A stretch of DNA of 61,325 nt, counting the filler. It is 4 parts of 4 records of this genome, joined end to end, with 100 filler letters (N's around TTAATTAATTAA, not from the genome) between each part and the next. Parts side by side here need not be neighbours in the genome. Positions count along the whole stretch, not along the records: positions 1 to 14,439 come from DRR723986_4968; 3 more parts are not named here. The stretch is one strand, 5' to 3'. Of this stretch, positions 1 to 9,701 are shown in pieces. Within the stretch, counting starts at the first letter, position 1, and every line of letters begins with the position of its first letter. A program made the translations under genes and the position numbers. Under the pieces are notes generated by a model that worked only from the letters and a program-made list of their open reading frames with translations, was not told where the DNA came from and made no database searches.

Positions 1-2247
1 GAAAAGCTCAACCTCGACCAGACAGGAGTGCGCGCTTGGACCCTGTCCCAGCTTCGAAGTGCCCTTGTCGCGTGTGAGAACATTCGGGTTGCCATGCTTG
101 CAGAGTCCGGCATCATCCGGGTCGTACCAAGAGCCGGTGCTCATCTGCACAACACCTGGGCGAATTGCGTCATCAATCACCACACCGCCCAGACAGGCTC
201 CTCGGGCGTTGTGCACCCGCACAACGTCACCATCTGTCACACCGCGCTCAGCAGCGTCTTTCGGGTGTATATGCAGCGGTTCGCGCCCCGCCACTTTCTT
301 AGCTTTGCTTACGTTGCCATGGTCAAGCTGCGAATGAAGCTTGTCCTTGGGCTGGTTGGAGATCAGGTGCAGAGGCCAACTTACATTGGCATTCCCCAGC
401 CACTCGTAAGGCTCCTGCCAGACAGGATGACCGGGGCAATCGTCATAACCGAAACCGGCAACGGTTGCGCTGAACAATTCGATGCGCCCGCTAGGAGTGG
501 AAAGAGGATTTGCAAGCGGATCCGCGCGAAAATCCGAAAGCATCACCGTCGGCTCTGCCGGGTCATCCAGCTTGAACCAGCCCTCTTTGCGGAAGCTGTC
601 ATAATCGGGAATTTCAACGCCAGTGTTCGAAGCGCGCCGAGCCGTTTCTTCGTAAATCCATCGTTGCCACTGATGCTGATCTCTCCCCTCGGTAAAAGCT
701 TCCTCGATGCCCATTGCCACTGCAATGCCCGCAAATATCTCAAAATCGTCGCGGGCTTGCCCGTAGGCTTCGGTCAGTCGGGACATTGACACCACGTAGG
801 GGTCGCGCGGTGTCATCGCGATGTCTTCTCGTTCCAGCGCGGTCGTGCAGGGCAGTACGATGTCGGCACGCTTGGCCAGCGGGTTCCAGCACCATTCGTT
901 AACGATAATAGTCTCGGGTTTCTGCCATGCCTTCATCATCAGATTGAGATCCTGATGGTGGTGAAACGGGTTCCCCCCGGCCCACCAGACCAGCCTGGTG
1001 TCGGGGTACACATATCGCACCCCGTCGAATTCAAAGGATGCCCCGGGATTCAGGAGCATATCAGTGATCCGGGCAACCGGAATGAAGCTGTCAACCGGGT
1101 TCTGACCCTGCGGAAAAGAGGCACCGGGGATGCTCGTGAAAGCCCCGCCGATGTAGTTCATGGCGCTGTAACCAAAGCCAAAGCCACCGCCGGGCAGCCC
1201 GATCTGACCAAGCATTGCGGCAAGAGTGATCGCTGCCCAAAATGGCTGTTCACCGTGGTCCTGCCGTGTCAAAGACCAACTGACCGAGATCATTGTGCGT
1301 TCCGCTGCCATGCGACGCGCCAGCGCACGGATGGTTTCGGCTGGTATCTGGCAAATCTTGGCGGCCCATTCGGCCGATTTGGGTATGCCGTCACTTTCCC
1401 CCATCAAATAGGGTAGGAAGGCCTCAAAGCCCTCTGTGTAACGGTCCAGAAATGATCTGTCGCTCAAGCCTTCCAGCTGCAAGGTGTGCGCCAGCCCGAG
1501 CATCATTGCCACGTCGGTATTCGGACGAAGAGCCAGCCAGTCTCCACCCACATCATTCAACAGATCGGACTTCAAAGGGCTGATATTGACGAAATGAATG
1601 CCTGACGCGCTTGCGGCTTCAAGGCCCTCACGTTGGATATGCCTCCCGGTGCCACCTTGGCTAATCTGTCCGTTTTTCAAAGGCACTCCGCCGAAACACA
1701 CAAATAACTGTGTGTGATCCCGGATCACCTCCCAACTGGTGCATGAATCCAGAAAGGCACGAAAGCTTCCCAGGACGTGCGGGACCATCGCCTCGGCGGC
1801 AGCGAAACTATAGGTGAACTTGGAACCGGTGTAGCCGCCAATGCAGTTCAAGAACCGTTTGAGCTGGCTCTGCGCGTGATGGAAACGGCCGGCGCTGGCC
1901 CAACCATAGGATCCACCAAAGATAGAGGCATTGCCGTGGATACTACGCACCCTGATCAGTTCCCCCACGATCAGCGAGTTGACTGCATCCCAAGTCATCT
2001 CGATGAAGGGGTCGGTGCCGCGCAAATCAGTTCGCGTGCCGGGTCCACCCTCCAGCCAGCTCTTCCGAACCATGGGGGCATCAATTCTCGTCGGTCCGTG
2101 CTGTACGTCTAGTATGCCAGTACCGATGGGCGAGGGATCGGCATCATGTTCGAATGCCCGCAGTTCCTTCACCCGGCCGTTACTGACCAAGGCACGATAT
2201 GTTCCCCAGTGAGAACTTGTTAGAGGAAGTTTGGCGGGTACCTGCAA
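1..2247 (-). CDS. Molybdopterin (bis-PGD) oxidoreductase, BisC/DMSO/TMAO reductase family, no signal peptide; 3' end runs off the contig
   Basis: Absent from the ORF track because it has no stop. I read the reverse frame codon by codon and found no stop from 2247 to 1. Motifs: TSSHWG, GGSYGWASAGRFHHAQSQL, TYSFAA (Ser Mo ligand position), HGEQPFW..LAAMLGQIGLPGGGFGFGY, WAGGNPFHHHQDLN, ADIVLPCTT.LER, HGNPNVLTRDKGTS. Start is TTG 2247 or GTG 2262. Confidence 0.93.
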   Translation of the reverse strand, partial: MQVPAKLPLTSSHWGTYRALVSNGRVKELRAFEHDADPSPIGTGILDVQHGPTRIDAPMVRKSWLEGGPGTRTDLRGTDPFIEMTWDAVNSLIVGELIRVRSIHGNASIFGGSYGWASAGRFHHAQSQLKRFLNCIGGYTGSKFTYSFAAAEAMVPHVLGSFRAFLDSCTSWEVIRDHTQLFVCFGGVPLKNGQISQGGTGRHIQREGLEAASASGIHFVNISPLKSDLLNDVGGDWLALRPNTDVAMMLGLAHTLQLEGLSDRSFLDRYTEGFEAFLPYLMGESDGIPKSAEWAAKICQIPAETIRALARRMAAERTMISVSWSLTRQDHGEQPFWAAITLAAMLGQIGLPGGGFGFGYSAMNYIGGAFTSIPGASFPQGQNPVDSFIPVARITDMLLNPGASFEFDGVRYVYPDTRLVWWAGGNPFHHHQDLNLMMKAWQKPETIIVNEWCWNPLAKRADIVLPCTTALEREDIAMTPRDPYVVSMSRLTEAYGQARDDFEIFAGIAVAMGIEEAFTEGRDQHQWQRWIYEETARRASNTGVEIPDYDSFRKEGWFKLDDPAEPTVMLSDFRADPLANPLSTPSGRIELFSATVAGFGYDDCPGHPVWQEPYEWLGNANVSWPLHLISNQPKDKLHSQLDHGNVSKAKKVAGREPLHIHPKDAAERGVTDGDVVRVHNARGACLGGVVIDDAIRPGVVQMSTGSWYDPDDAGLCKHGNPNVLTRDKGTSKLGQGPSAHSCLVEVELF

Positions 2248-2251
2248 TGGA

Positions 2252-4372
2252 TCAGCCTTCACGATTTGAGCTTGAGGCATAGCGTTCCTGCAGCTTCACG
2301 CTCCAGGCGGCGGTCATTCTGTCCGAGATGATTGCAATGACGGCCATACCGATTCCGGCGGTCATACCAACTCCGAAGTCGCCATCCCCAAGCCCGATGT
2401 AAACCAGCTGGCCGAGGCCGCTTGTGCCCACAAGAGCGGCAATTACCAGCATGGAAATTCCGAACATGATTGTCTGGTTGAGGCCTAGCATCATCTCGGG
2501 GAGTGCTAGAGGGATCTTGACCCGCCGCAAAAGCTGCCAGCGTGTGCAACCCATGCATTGGGCTGCCTCTATCGCCTCATGTGGCACATTGCGGAGCCCA
2601 TGTTCCGCATAGCGGATCGCTGGCACGATCGCGTAGGCAATCACAGCCAGAAGCGCTGTGAAATCACCGATCCTGAAGATCATTACGAAGGGGATCAACA
2701 AAACGAACAGCGGCATGGTTTGCAGCGTGTCGTTAATCGGCCTCAGAAACCGGGAAACTGAATCGAACTCAGAAGCCAGGATTCCGAGCGCAGACCCAAA
2801 TGTAAAGGCTAGTACAACACCGATCCCGCATAGATATACGCTGAGCAATGCTTGGGGCCAGATGCCTGCTGTAAGGAGATAGGCAAGTCCAGCCAGAGCC
2901 ACCAGGGCCAGACGAATGCCAGACATCTGCCAAGCAACAAAACCCATGATCACAAGGATCGCCGGCCAAGGCATTCGGGTAAGGCCGAAGAACAGCAGGA
3001 TTGCCAATAGTCCAATCACTGCTGCACCCAACCGTCGACCGCTCAGCGCGGTTACGATCACCAGGGCCGCAGCGCCCCCAGCGTAGATGAGCTTGTAGGT
3101 CGTGGTGAATTCAAACCCCCAAGAGAACGGTGAAATCACCTGTTCCAGGCCCATCTTGAGCGGCAGCATTAGATAGAAGAATGCCCATTGTTTGATCACA
3201 GCGATCCATGCAGCATACTCAATGATCACGTAGTCAATCGCACTGTTCAAAACAGGTGCCGGATCATAGGCCCAGGTGTCGGGATACGCGGCAAGCACGG
3301 GGAACAGTTCGGCGGCCGCGAAAAGCATAGCTGAACCTATGGCCCCGATCACCAGAAAGCGCCGTCGCTGAAAGAAGGTTTGATCTGCCAGATAGTCAGC
3401 ACCCGGGCTTCTGTCGGCAAAGCCGGCGGTGATCCTGTCCATTACAATCGCCATCAGCGCAATAACGATCCCGGCGACAAGGCTTTCGCCGAACTGGGCT
3501 CTGCGCATTGCCGAAAGAACCTCCCAGCCGATGTCTGAGGAACCGCCGATGATCGAGGCAATGATTACCATTGAAAATGCAGCCATCGTGGTCTGGTTCA
3601 CTCCAAGCAAGATTTGCCGCGCCGCACTCGGTACCCGCACACGGAAGAACAACTGCACCTCCGTGGCGCCAGACATCAGACCGGATTCGATGATTTCTTC
3701 TGGCACCCGACGCAAGCCAAGAAGCGTGTTGCGAACCATCGGTGGGAAGGCAAAGAGAATTCCTGCAATCAAGCCAACGACCACGCCAAAGCCAAATAGC
3801 AAAAGGATCGGTAACAGGTATGCGAAGGCCGGAATCGTTTGCAAAGCGTCAAGTGATACCATGATCGCCCGCTCCACACGCGGGTAGAAAAAACCCGCTG
3901 TGCCTATGGCAAAGCCGATCAAGACGGCCATCGGAACCGACACAGCCACCAACGCCAGCGAATTCATTGACTCCATCCACAAACCAACAACAAGCATGTA
4001 GGCAAGGGAAAAAAATGTGATCACGGCCAGTCGCCAGCCTGCTGCGGCGTAGGCGATAAGCACCAGGATGAGAACTGACACTGACCAGGGCAGCCAGGTA
4101 AGAAGGTTGCGTACCCAGGCCATCGGTACGTCAAGTGTCGCCGACACAGCTCGGAAGAACCCGCCAGTAGCCTCGACGATCCAGGTCATGACAGCGTTCA
4201 ACACCGAAACGATCGGCAACACCCATTCGTCAGGAAATTCGATCAGCCAGGGCGCGGCTTCGCGCAGCGCCAACAAACCCAAGGTCAAACCGAGGATTCC
4301 AAACCACACAAGTATGGTCGGAAACGGCTGTTGAGCCTTGGAAGGGGTGTGGGTGTCGGAATGCTCGGTCAT
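2252..4372 (-). CDS. Betaine/choline/TMAO-family ABC transporter permease with two fused ProW-like domains
   Basis: 706 aa, hydrophobic. Duplicated LQT(I/M)P.F..L and EAA-loop motifs (ESGLMSGAT, EAAQCMGCT). Confidence 0.92.
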   Translation of the reverse strand: MTEHSDTHTPSKAQQPFPTILVWFGILGLTLGLLALREAAPWLIEFPDEWVLPIVSVLNAVMTWIVEATGGFFRAVSATLDVPMAWVRNLLTWLPWSVSVLILVLIAYAAAGWRLAVITFFSLAYMLVVGLWMESMNSLALVAVSVPMAVLIGFAIGTAGFFYPRVERAIMVSLDALQTIPAFAYLLPILLLFGFGVVVGLIAGILFAFPPMVRNTLLGLRRVPEEIIESGLMSGATEVQLFFRVRVPSAARQILLGVNQTTMAAFSMVIIASIIGGSSDIGWEVLSAMRRAQFGESLVAGIVIALMAIVMDRITAGFADRSPGADYLADQTFFQRRRFLVIGAIGSAMLFAAAELFPVLAAYPDTWAYDPAPVLNSAIDYVIIEYAAWIAVIKQWAFFYLMLPLKMGLEQVISPFSWGFEFTTTYKLIYAGGAAALVIVTALSGRRLGAAVIGLLAILLFFGLTRMPWPAILVIMGFVAWQMSGIRLALVALAGLAYLLTAGIWPQALLSVYLCGIGVVLAFTFGSALGILASEFDSVSRFLRPINDTLQTMPLFVLLIPFVMIFRIGDFTALLAVIAYAIVPAIRYAEHGLRNVPHEAIEAAQCMGCTRWQLLRRVKIPLALPEMMLGLNQTIMFGISMLVIAALVGTSGLGQLVYIGLGDGDFGVGMTAGIGMAVIAIISDRMTAAWSVKLQERYASSSNREG

Positions 4373-5463
4373 TTTGCCGCCTCCTCAGACCACTCAGCAT
4401 TTTTGTCATTGGCCTGACCGCGGGATAGCGCGCACACAACCGATGTTGGCGTCACGACACCGATGGTTTCACCGCCATCGATTATGGCAACGCCTTGGCG
4501 ATGGGTGGCAAGGGATGGCAGAATATCTTCTACACAGTCTGTGCCCTGAACGCAGTGCATGCCTGCTTTGGACTGCACCGTATCATCCATCGCTTCACGG
4601 GCCAAAAGCACGCGCGAGAGAGGCACGTCGCTGGTGAATTCTGCAACATAGTCGTCGGCGGGATTGATGATCAATTCGGCGGGCGTACCGATTTGCACAA
4701 CCATACCGTCACGCATGATCATCATCCGGTCTGCAATTCGAAGTGCCTCTAGAAAATCATGGGTAATGAAGACGATGGATTTTTTCAGCGTCGACTGAAT
4801 ACGCAGAAACTCGTCCTGCATCTGTCGGCGGATCAGAGGATCAAGGGCCGAAAACGGTTCATCCAAGAACCAAAGCTCAGGCTCCACAGCCAACGAGCGG
4901 GCAATCCCAACACGCTGCTGTTGACCTCCCGAGAGCTGTCTCGGAAAGCTTTTTTCGCGCCCCTCCAGCCCTACGAGTTCAATCACGCGCTTTGTCTTTT
5001 CGCGTTGTTCCTTTGCCGATAGGCCTTGAAGGCTCAACGGAAAAGAGATGTTTTCAGAAACGGTAAGGTGGGGCAGCAACCCGAAGCTCTGAAACACCAT
5101 TCCCATCTTGTGACGCCGGATGTCGATTAACTCGGACTTGTTTTTCTTGAGCAGGTCTTCGCCATCCAGAAGGATTTCCCCGTGGGTCGGCTCTACTAGG
5201 CGGGACAGGCAACGCACCATTGTTGACTTTCCGGAGCCTGACAGTCCCATGATGACGAAAATCTCGCCTTCATGTACGTCAAAAGAAACATTGGCTGCGG
5301 CCGGAATGCCCCCATCGGCGCGAATTTTCTTCACCAGTTCGGGCGTGTCGGATCCGATAGGACCGCTCCTGCTGGTAAAGTACGATTTCGGTCTGCCACC
5401 ATACACCTTCCACACATTTCGGCAGGAAAGCTTGACACTCTTCTTGGTCGTGTTCTCGGACAT
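4369..5463 (-). CDS. Betaine-family ABC transporter ATP-binding subunit (ProV/TmoW-like)
   Basis: Walker A GLSGSGKST, LSGGQQQRV, DEPFSALDPLIRRQMQDE. ATG 5463 has an AAGGGAG RBS. Confidence 0.93.
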   Translation of the reverse strand: MSENTTKKSVKLSCRNVWKVYGGRPKSYFTSRSGPIGSDTPELVKKIRADGGIPAAANVSFDVHEGEIFVIMGLSGSGKSTMVRCLSRLVEPTHGEILLDGEDLLKKNKSELIDIRRHKMGMVFQSFGLLPHLTVSENISFPLSLQGLSAKEQREKTKRVIELVGLEGREKSFPRQLSGGQQQRVGIARSLAVEPELWFLDEPFSALDPLIRRQMQDEFLRIQSTLKKSIVFITHDFLEALRIADRMMIMRDGMVVQIGTPAELIINPADDYVAEFTSDVPLSRVLLAREAMDDTVQSKAGMHCVQGTDCVEDILPSLATHRQGVAIIDGGETIGVVTPTSVVCALSRGQANDKNAEWSEEAAK

Positions 5464-5617
5464 ATCGGCTCCCTTTGGAGGTGACGCAGTATTCGAGGGC
5501 TGTTGGATCATTTGGCGAAGGATGCCAGCCAGCATGAGCCGACCGGCACCCTTCCTTCAGAGGTTGTGGGCGCGCACTGGCTTATCTTCCCACCAACACA
5601 TCAAGCGTTCTGCGGCA

Positions 5618-6568
5618 TCAATTTGCAGCGTCAACCCACGCTCTCCATGTGGATTCGTTCGCTTCCATCCACTCGGCGATCACTTCCTCGACTTCACGTC
5701 CATTGTTGTCGATCTCGGACAGAAGAGCGTTCTGCGTCTCATTGTCGATCGTCAACGCCTGCATGATTCTGAATGCACCAGGCCAGTTTTCTTCGAAGTC
5801 ACGGGAGACGATTTTTGAGATATTTGCCTGCAGGAAGCCGCAGTCACCCGTCCTATCGGGGTAGATGCCGACCTCGGGGTTCGTATCGCAATCTTCCGTG
5901 TGTGGAGGAAACTCCACCCATTCGAAGTCCATTTCCGTATGAACCCAGTGAGGCTCCCAGAACATCACCAAAATGGGCTGCTGAGTTGCATATGCAGCCT
6001 GCATTTCCGCAATCATTGCTCCTTCGGACCCACCCGCAATCGGTGCAAACGGGAGGCCCGCATTATTCACAAGGTCCCTGGAGCGCGTGCCCCAGTCAGC
6101 GGGATAGGTAATCAGTCGCCCAAGCGGAAAGGTCTCGGCAGTAGCGAAAAGCTGCGAACACTCGATCAATGCATACACGTCCGGCAGGCCCGGGCACTGA
6201 TCGTTCATGTAGCTCGGGTACATCCAGCTTTCGATTGGATTAAGCCCCGTCGGACCCAGGACAACGATATCTCCACTGGCAACCGAATTCGGGTAGATGT
6301 CGCCGACGTTGTTACCCCATGTCTCTGGCTGAAGATGAAGATTGCCCTGTGCGATCGCCGCAAACTGCGGAACCGCGCCAGCGGTCACGTATTCGACATC
6401 GTATCCCGCCGCCTCAAGGACGCTGCCGGAGATATATGCAGACACGTGCTGACCGGTCCATTCGTTGACCGCGATCCTGATCGGGTCGCTGCTGTCAGCA
6501 AGGGCGCTGCCAGCAAGTCCGACCATCGCAAATCCAATGACACTCGCGGCGTTTGTAATCTGTTTCAT
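5618..6568 (-). CDS. OpuAC/ProX-family substrate-binding protein, TmoX-related subfamily
   Basis: Signal peptide, then SSDPI..., CPGLPD...C...FATAET, CD..P.VG..PD...DCG, W.EANE..WR.W. These recall the TMAO-binding TmoX scaffold, but the sequence is divergent. ATG 6568 has an AAGGGAG RBS. Confidence 0.85.
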   Translation of the reverse strand: MKQITNAASVIGFAMVGLAGSALADSSDPIRIAVNEWTGQHVSAYISGSVLEAAGYDVEYVTAGAVPQFAAIAQGNLHLQPETWGNNVGDIYPNSVASGDIVVLGPTGLNPIESWMYPSYMNDQCPGLPDVYALIECSQLFATAETFPLGRLITYPADWGTRSRDLVNNAGLPFAPIAGGSEGAMIAEMQAAYATQQPILVMFWEPHWVHTEMDFEWVEFPPHTEDCDTNPEVGIYPDRTGDCGFLQANISKIVSRDFEENWPGAFRIMQALTIDNETQNALLSEIDNNGREVEEVIAEWMEANESTWRAWVDAAN

Positions 6569-6634
6569 GTGGTCTCCCTTTTTGAAGTCGGAACGGCTGG
6601 CCCCGTCCTCTAGAATCATTCTTGTTGTCTCCAA

Positions 6635-6653
6635 TACTTACCATCAGTCTGTT
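6635..6653. promoter_or_regulatory. Candidate TetR/BetI operator (degenerate TACTGACCAwTGGTCAGTA)
   Basis: TACTTACCATCAGTCTGTT matches 14/19 positions of the symmetrised form of the near-palindrome at 9572-9590. It lies in the divergent SBP/regulator intergenic region. Confidence 0.45.
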
Positions 6654-6736
6654 TTTTACGTCAATGGTTGAATGTTGTGGTCAACCCACCCATGCTTTAG
6701 TCAGAGAGAAAGTCGAAATTGAGAGGCCAGCTTCCC

Positions 6737-7420
6737 ATGCGATCCACCTCCATCCGCACCATCAGGCGTGCTGAGCTGTCACGCGCGGCATTCGAAGCCG
6801 TGATTCGTTATGGGCTGCGCAAGACGACGCTGGAAAAGGTGGGTGAGATTGCGGGGGTCTCTAAAGGAGTGGTCCTGCATCACTTCAAGGACAAGAGCGC
6901 CTTGCTTGAGGCTGTGTTCCGAAGATCAAATTCATTGCTCAGCGAATCCGTCGTTGAGCTCTATCGATATGCAGAAACCCCGTATGAACGGCTTTGGGCA
7001 ATCATCGTCTCAAACTTCTTTGAGACGATTTTCAATGAACGGGTATGCCAAGCTTGGGTGTCCTTGATTTCGGAGGTTCCGCATAACTCGGGATGCCAGC
7101 GCGTTCAGATTGCGAACAACGAACGCATTCGCAGCAACCTGATGCATGAGTTGAGGCAGTTTGTCCCAGAAAAAGAAGCTGAGCGGGTTGCGCGTCACCT
7201 AGGCGTTCACATCGATGGCATCTGGGTGCGCGCCGGTCTGTTGCCCGATCCAGTTGATTCCAGTGCCGCGGTTTCTGAAATTGAATACGCTGTTTCAAAA
7301 ATGCTTCCGTACGACGAATTCAGTGCCGCCAAACACAAAGAAGCCCGCAAGAAGATTGAGACAATCGCAACGATTGCGCTCGGCTCCAATGCGTTCAAAG
7401 AAAAAACCCTTAAAGGTTAG
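6737..7420 (+). CDS. betI: TetR-family transcriptional regulator, BetI-like
   Basis: N-terminal IRRAEL..AAFEAV..YG...TTLEKV...AGVSKGVVLHHF.DK..LLEA HTH. BetI-like C-terminal (RIRSNL, IDGIW). Confidence 0.75.
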   Translation: MRSTSIRTIRRAELSRAAFEAVIRYGLRKTTLEKVGEIAGVSKGVVLHHFKDKSALLEAVFRRSNSLLSESVVELYRYAETPYERLWAIIVSNFFETIFNERVCQAWVSLISEVPHNSGCQRVQIANNERIRSNLMHELRQFVPEKEAERVARHLGVHIDGIWVRAGLLPDPVDSSAAVSEIEYAVSKMLPYDEFSAAKHKEARKKIETIATIALGSNAFKEKTLKG

Positions 7421-7437
7421 CGCGTTTCGGGTCCTTA

Positions 7438-8334
7438 TCAGACCCGCCTTACTCGCGGGCGAAGCAAGGCCTGAAGCGGCTCAAGCAAGCTTGCACATGC
7501 GATAAGGATAACACCAGTCATTTCTCTCACGCCAAATGGCTCGTCTGCCAGAATTGCCACAGAGATCGCACCGACTACGATTTCCGTCATGAACAGGAGG
7601 CCAACCACACCCGGACTGAGGTATCTGGGGCCCCAAAGTGACGCATAGGTTCCAGGTAGTACGAGAAAGGCCATGAAGACCAGCAACAGTGGCAAGGCTG
7701 GCATTGTCTGAGCAACGTTTGGCATCTGCTGTGGCGCCAGCACAAGCGCAACAGCAGCGGAAAACAAAAATGACCAGAGAAAGAAACCAATCGTCAGGTC
7801 TGTTGCGGAATGAGAGTTATCCTTGCGAATGCGCACCATCGCCACGGCCCACAGCATGCCCGACCCCACCCCCATCCAGTCCCCGGCGTTCTGTGGAACC
7901 GGGAACCTAACCCCCAATCCAAATATCGTCAGCATCCCGGCAACAGCCATCGCCATCGCCACAAGGCGAGATAGTGTTATCGCGTCGCCCAGAAGAATCC
8001 GTGCCAGAATCGTCGCCCACACAGGGGTCAGGTAAAACAGCAGCATCGCGCGGACGACGTCGGTAAAGACGATTGAGGTGGAATAAAGCAGCAATGCTCC
8101 TCCCGACAGCATCGCCGTAAGCTGCAATTGAGCGCCGCCTTTCCTGACATAATGCCAGCGCCAAACGGTTACGGGCAACAAGCAGATCGTCGGTACCAGA
8201 AAGTAGACGGCTGTTACCCACAATCCGTGAAGCCCAGCGTCCTCCAATGCCCTCAGCGGTATCCAGAACAGCCCCCAAACGCCCCCGGCATAAAGGCAGG
8301 CTAGTTTGGCCTTTGTGTCCAGAGACATAGTCAT
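7438..8334 (-). CDS. DMT/EamA-family transporter
   Basis: About 10 TM segments; WGLFWIPLR, LLFYLTPVW, LLFMTEIVVG motifs. Confidence 0.85.
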   Translation of the reverse strand: MTMSLDTKAKLACLYAGGVWGLFWIPLRALEDAGLHGLWVTAVYFLVPTICLLPVTVWRWHYVRKGGAQLQLTAMLSGGALLLYSTSIVFTDVVRAMLLFYLTPVWATILARILLGDAITLSRLVAMAMAVAGMLTIFGLGVRFPVPQNAGDWMGVGSGMLWAVAMVRIRKDNSHSATDLTIGFFLWSFLFSAAVALVLAPQQMPNVAQTMPALPLLLVFMAFLVLPGTYASLWGPRYLSPGVVGLLFMTEIVVGAISVAILADEPFGVREMTGVILIACASLLEPLQALLRPRVRRV

Positions 8335-9542
8335 CGTTGTGCACCCATCCGTGTCAGGCAGGTCGTTTGATAGTGATCGGATATGCTGTGAAGCGCCTGC
8401 GTGTCGATTTCAACACCAAGCCCCGGTGCGTCCGATAGATGGGCATGCTCTCCGTCCAGATGAAACCCACATGCGGCGAAAGTCGCTCCATGGGCAAGGA
8501 ATTCCGGGTAGATTTCCGCCATGTCAGCATTGGGGATCGACGTGCAGAAATGCAGCATCGCAGCCGCGGCGACAGTCATCGAATTCCAGCAATGTGGTGA
8601 GATCTTCACACCATGCAGGTCTGCCAGTTCAGCAACTTCGAGCATATCCAATAACCCGCCAATACCCGCAATGTCAGGATTCAGAACATCTGCTGCACCG
8701 GCGGTCAGGACGGCCCGGAAGTGGGCCACCCCACTGTGCTTTTCACCCGTCACAATGCGTAGCCCAGTGATCTCCCGGAGATAGCCAAGCGTGTTGATGT
8801 CCTCTCCGCCGACGGGCTCTTCGAACCAGTAAGGACGCTGCGGACCGATCATATTGGCGATGGCGAGTGCAATCTCTGGCTCGCCTTGGGAGTCCAGGTC
8901 AACCATTAGCGAGACATCGTCACCGATCGCATCTCGCACACTGGCAACGCAATTCACAGCTTCAGTAACCGAATGCTTGTGCAGGGGATGAATCTTGATT
9001 GCGCGATAGCCTTGGGCGACGAGCTCCGCCGCACGCCGTTGCAACGCAGAGCTATCCGACTGCCTGTCGCTCCAGATGTTGCCGTAGACCGGAACGGGCC
9101 GCGCATGATTTCCGCCGATCAGATTACAAAGCGGCTTTTCGGCCAGCTTGCCGCAGATGTCCCACAAAGCCATCTCAAGGGCGCTGCTTGCGGCGGCGAA
9201 ATCAAGACTATTATGTCTTGCGTTAATCTTTGCGGCCAGTTCGCGGAAGCTCCAGGGAGAGACCGTTTCAAGCGCCCCGGCCGCCTGGGCAAGAGCGGTG
9301 ATCATCTCTGCAACAGCTTGTTCTCTGCACGGCAGAACAAACGCTTCACCCAAGCCAGTCACGCCGCCGGTGCTCGTCAGGCGAATTAACAGAAACCGCT
9401 TCAGGTCACCCCATCCATCGCCTCCCATGGCCGAAGATGTGATCCAGGTCTCGAGCATCGTGAGGGTGACACCGCTCATGCCCCTGACAGACGCGGCCTT
9501 TTTTGCTGCAGGAACTGGACCCAGACCAACGATCTGCGACAT
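8331..9542 (-). CDS. Mandelate racemase/muconate lactonizing enzyme (enolase superfamily), MR subgroup
   Basis: GLGEA, ALEMALWDICGK, K-x-H (AIKIHP), metal ligands MVD / WFEEP / TGE, NPD...SPH His-Asp dyad, PGLGVEID. ATG 9542 has a GGAG RBS. Confidence 0.9.
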   Translation of the reverse strand: MSQIVGLGPVPAAKKAASVRGMSGVTLTMLETWITSSAMGGDGWGDLKRFLLIRLTSTGGVTGLGEAFVLPCREQAVAEMITALAQAAGALETVSPWSFRELAAKINARHNSLDFAAASSALEMALWDICGKLAEKPLCNLIGGNHARPVPVYGNIWSDRQSDSSALQRRAAELVAQGYRAIKIHPLHKHSVTEAVNCVASVRDAIGDDVSLMVDLDSQGEPEIALAIANMIGPQRPYWFEEPVGGEDINTLGYLREITGLRIVTGEKHSGVAHFRAVLTAGAADVLNPDIAGIGGLLDMLEVAELADLHGVKISPHCWNSMTVAAAAMLHFCTSIPNADMAEIYPEFLAHGATFAACGFHLDGEHAHLSDAPGLGVEIDTQALHSISDHYQTTCLTRMGAQR

Positions 9543-9571
9543 GTGAAATCTCCGATAAGCGATGAACTTTT

Positions 9572-9609
9572 TGCTAACCATTGGTCAGTATATTGTCAAT
9601 CAGTAAGTT
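9572..9609. promoter_or_regulatory. Tandem candidate TetR/BetI operators in the divergent enolase/GMC promoter
   Basis: Near-palindrome TGCTAACCATTGGTCAGTA (9572-9590), followed directly by a weaker copy TATTGTCAATCAGTAAGTT. Confidence 0.5.
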
Positions 9610-9701
9610 TTTGAATATCAAAGGGGCAATGGGGCCGCAGATGCGAGTCCCCGATTGAAACAGCGTTCGCGGGCAGACAGCACGTGCAGGAGAAGACCTG
9701 A

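Noticed and set aside
28-2212. Plus-strand ORFs 28-789, 955-1416 and 1777-2112
   Set aside because: Antisense shadows of the minus-strand molybdoenzyme, with no recognisable motifs.
5618-6568. Calling the transporter tmoXWV outright
   Set aside because: The scaffold is TmoX-like but the putative binding-site segments differ from my recollection of TmoX, and no tmm or tdm is nearby; specificity is unproven.
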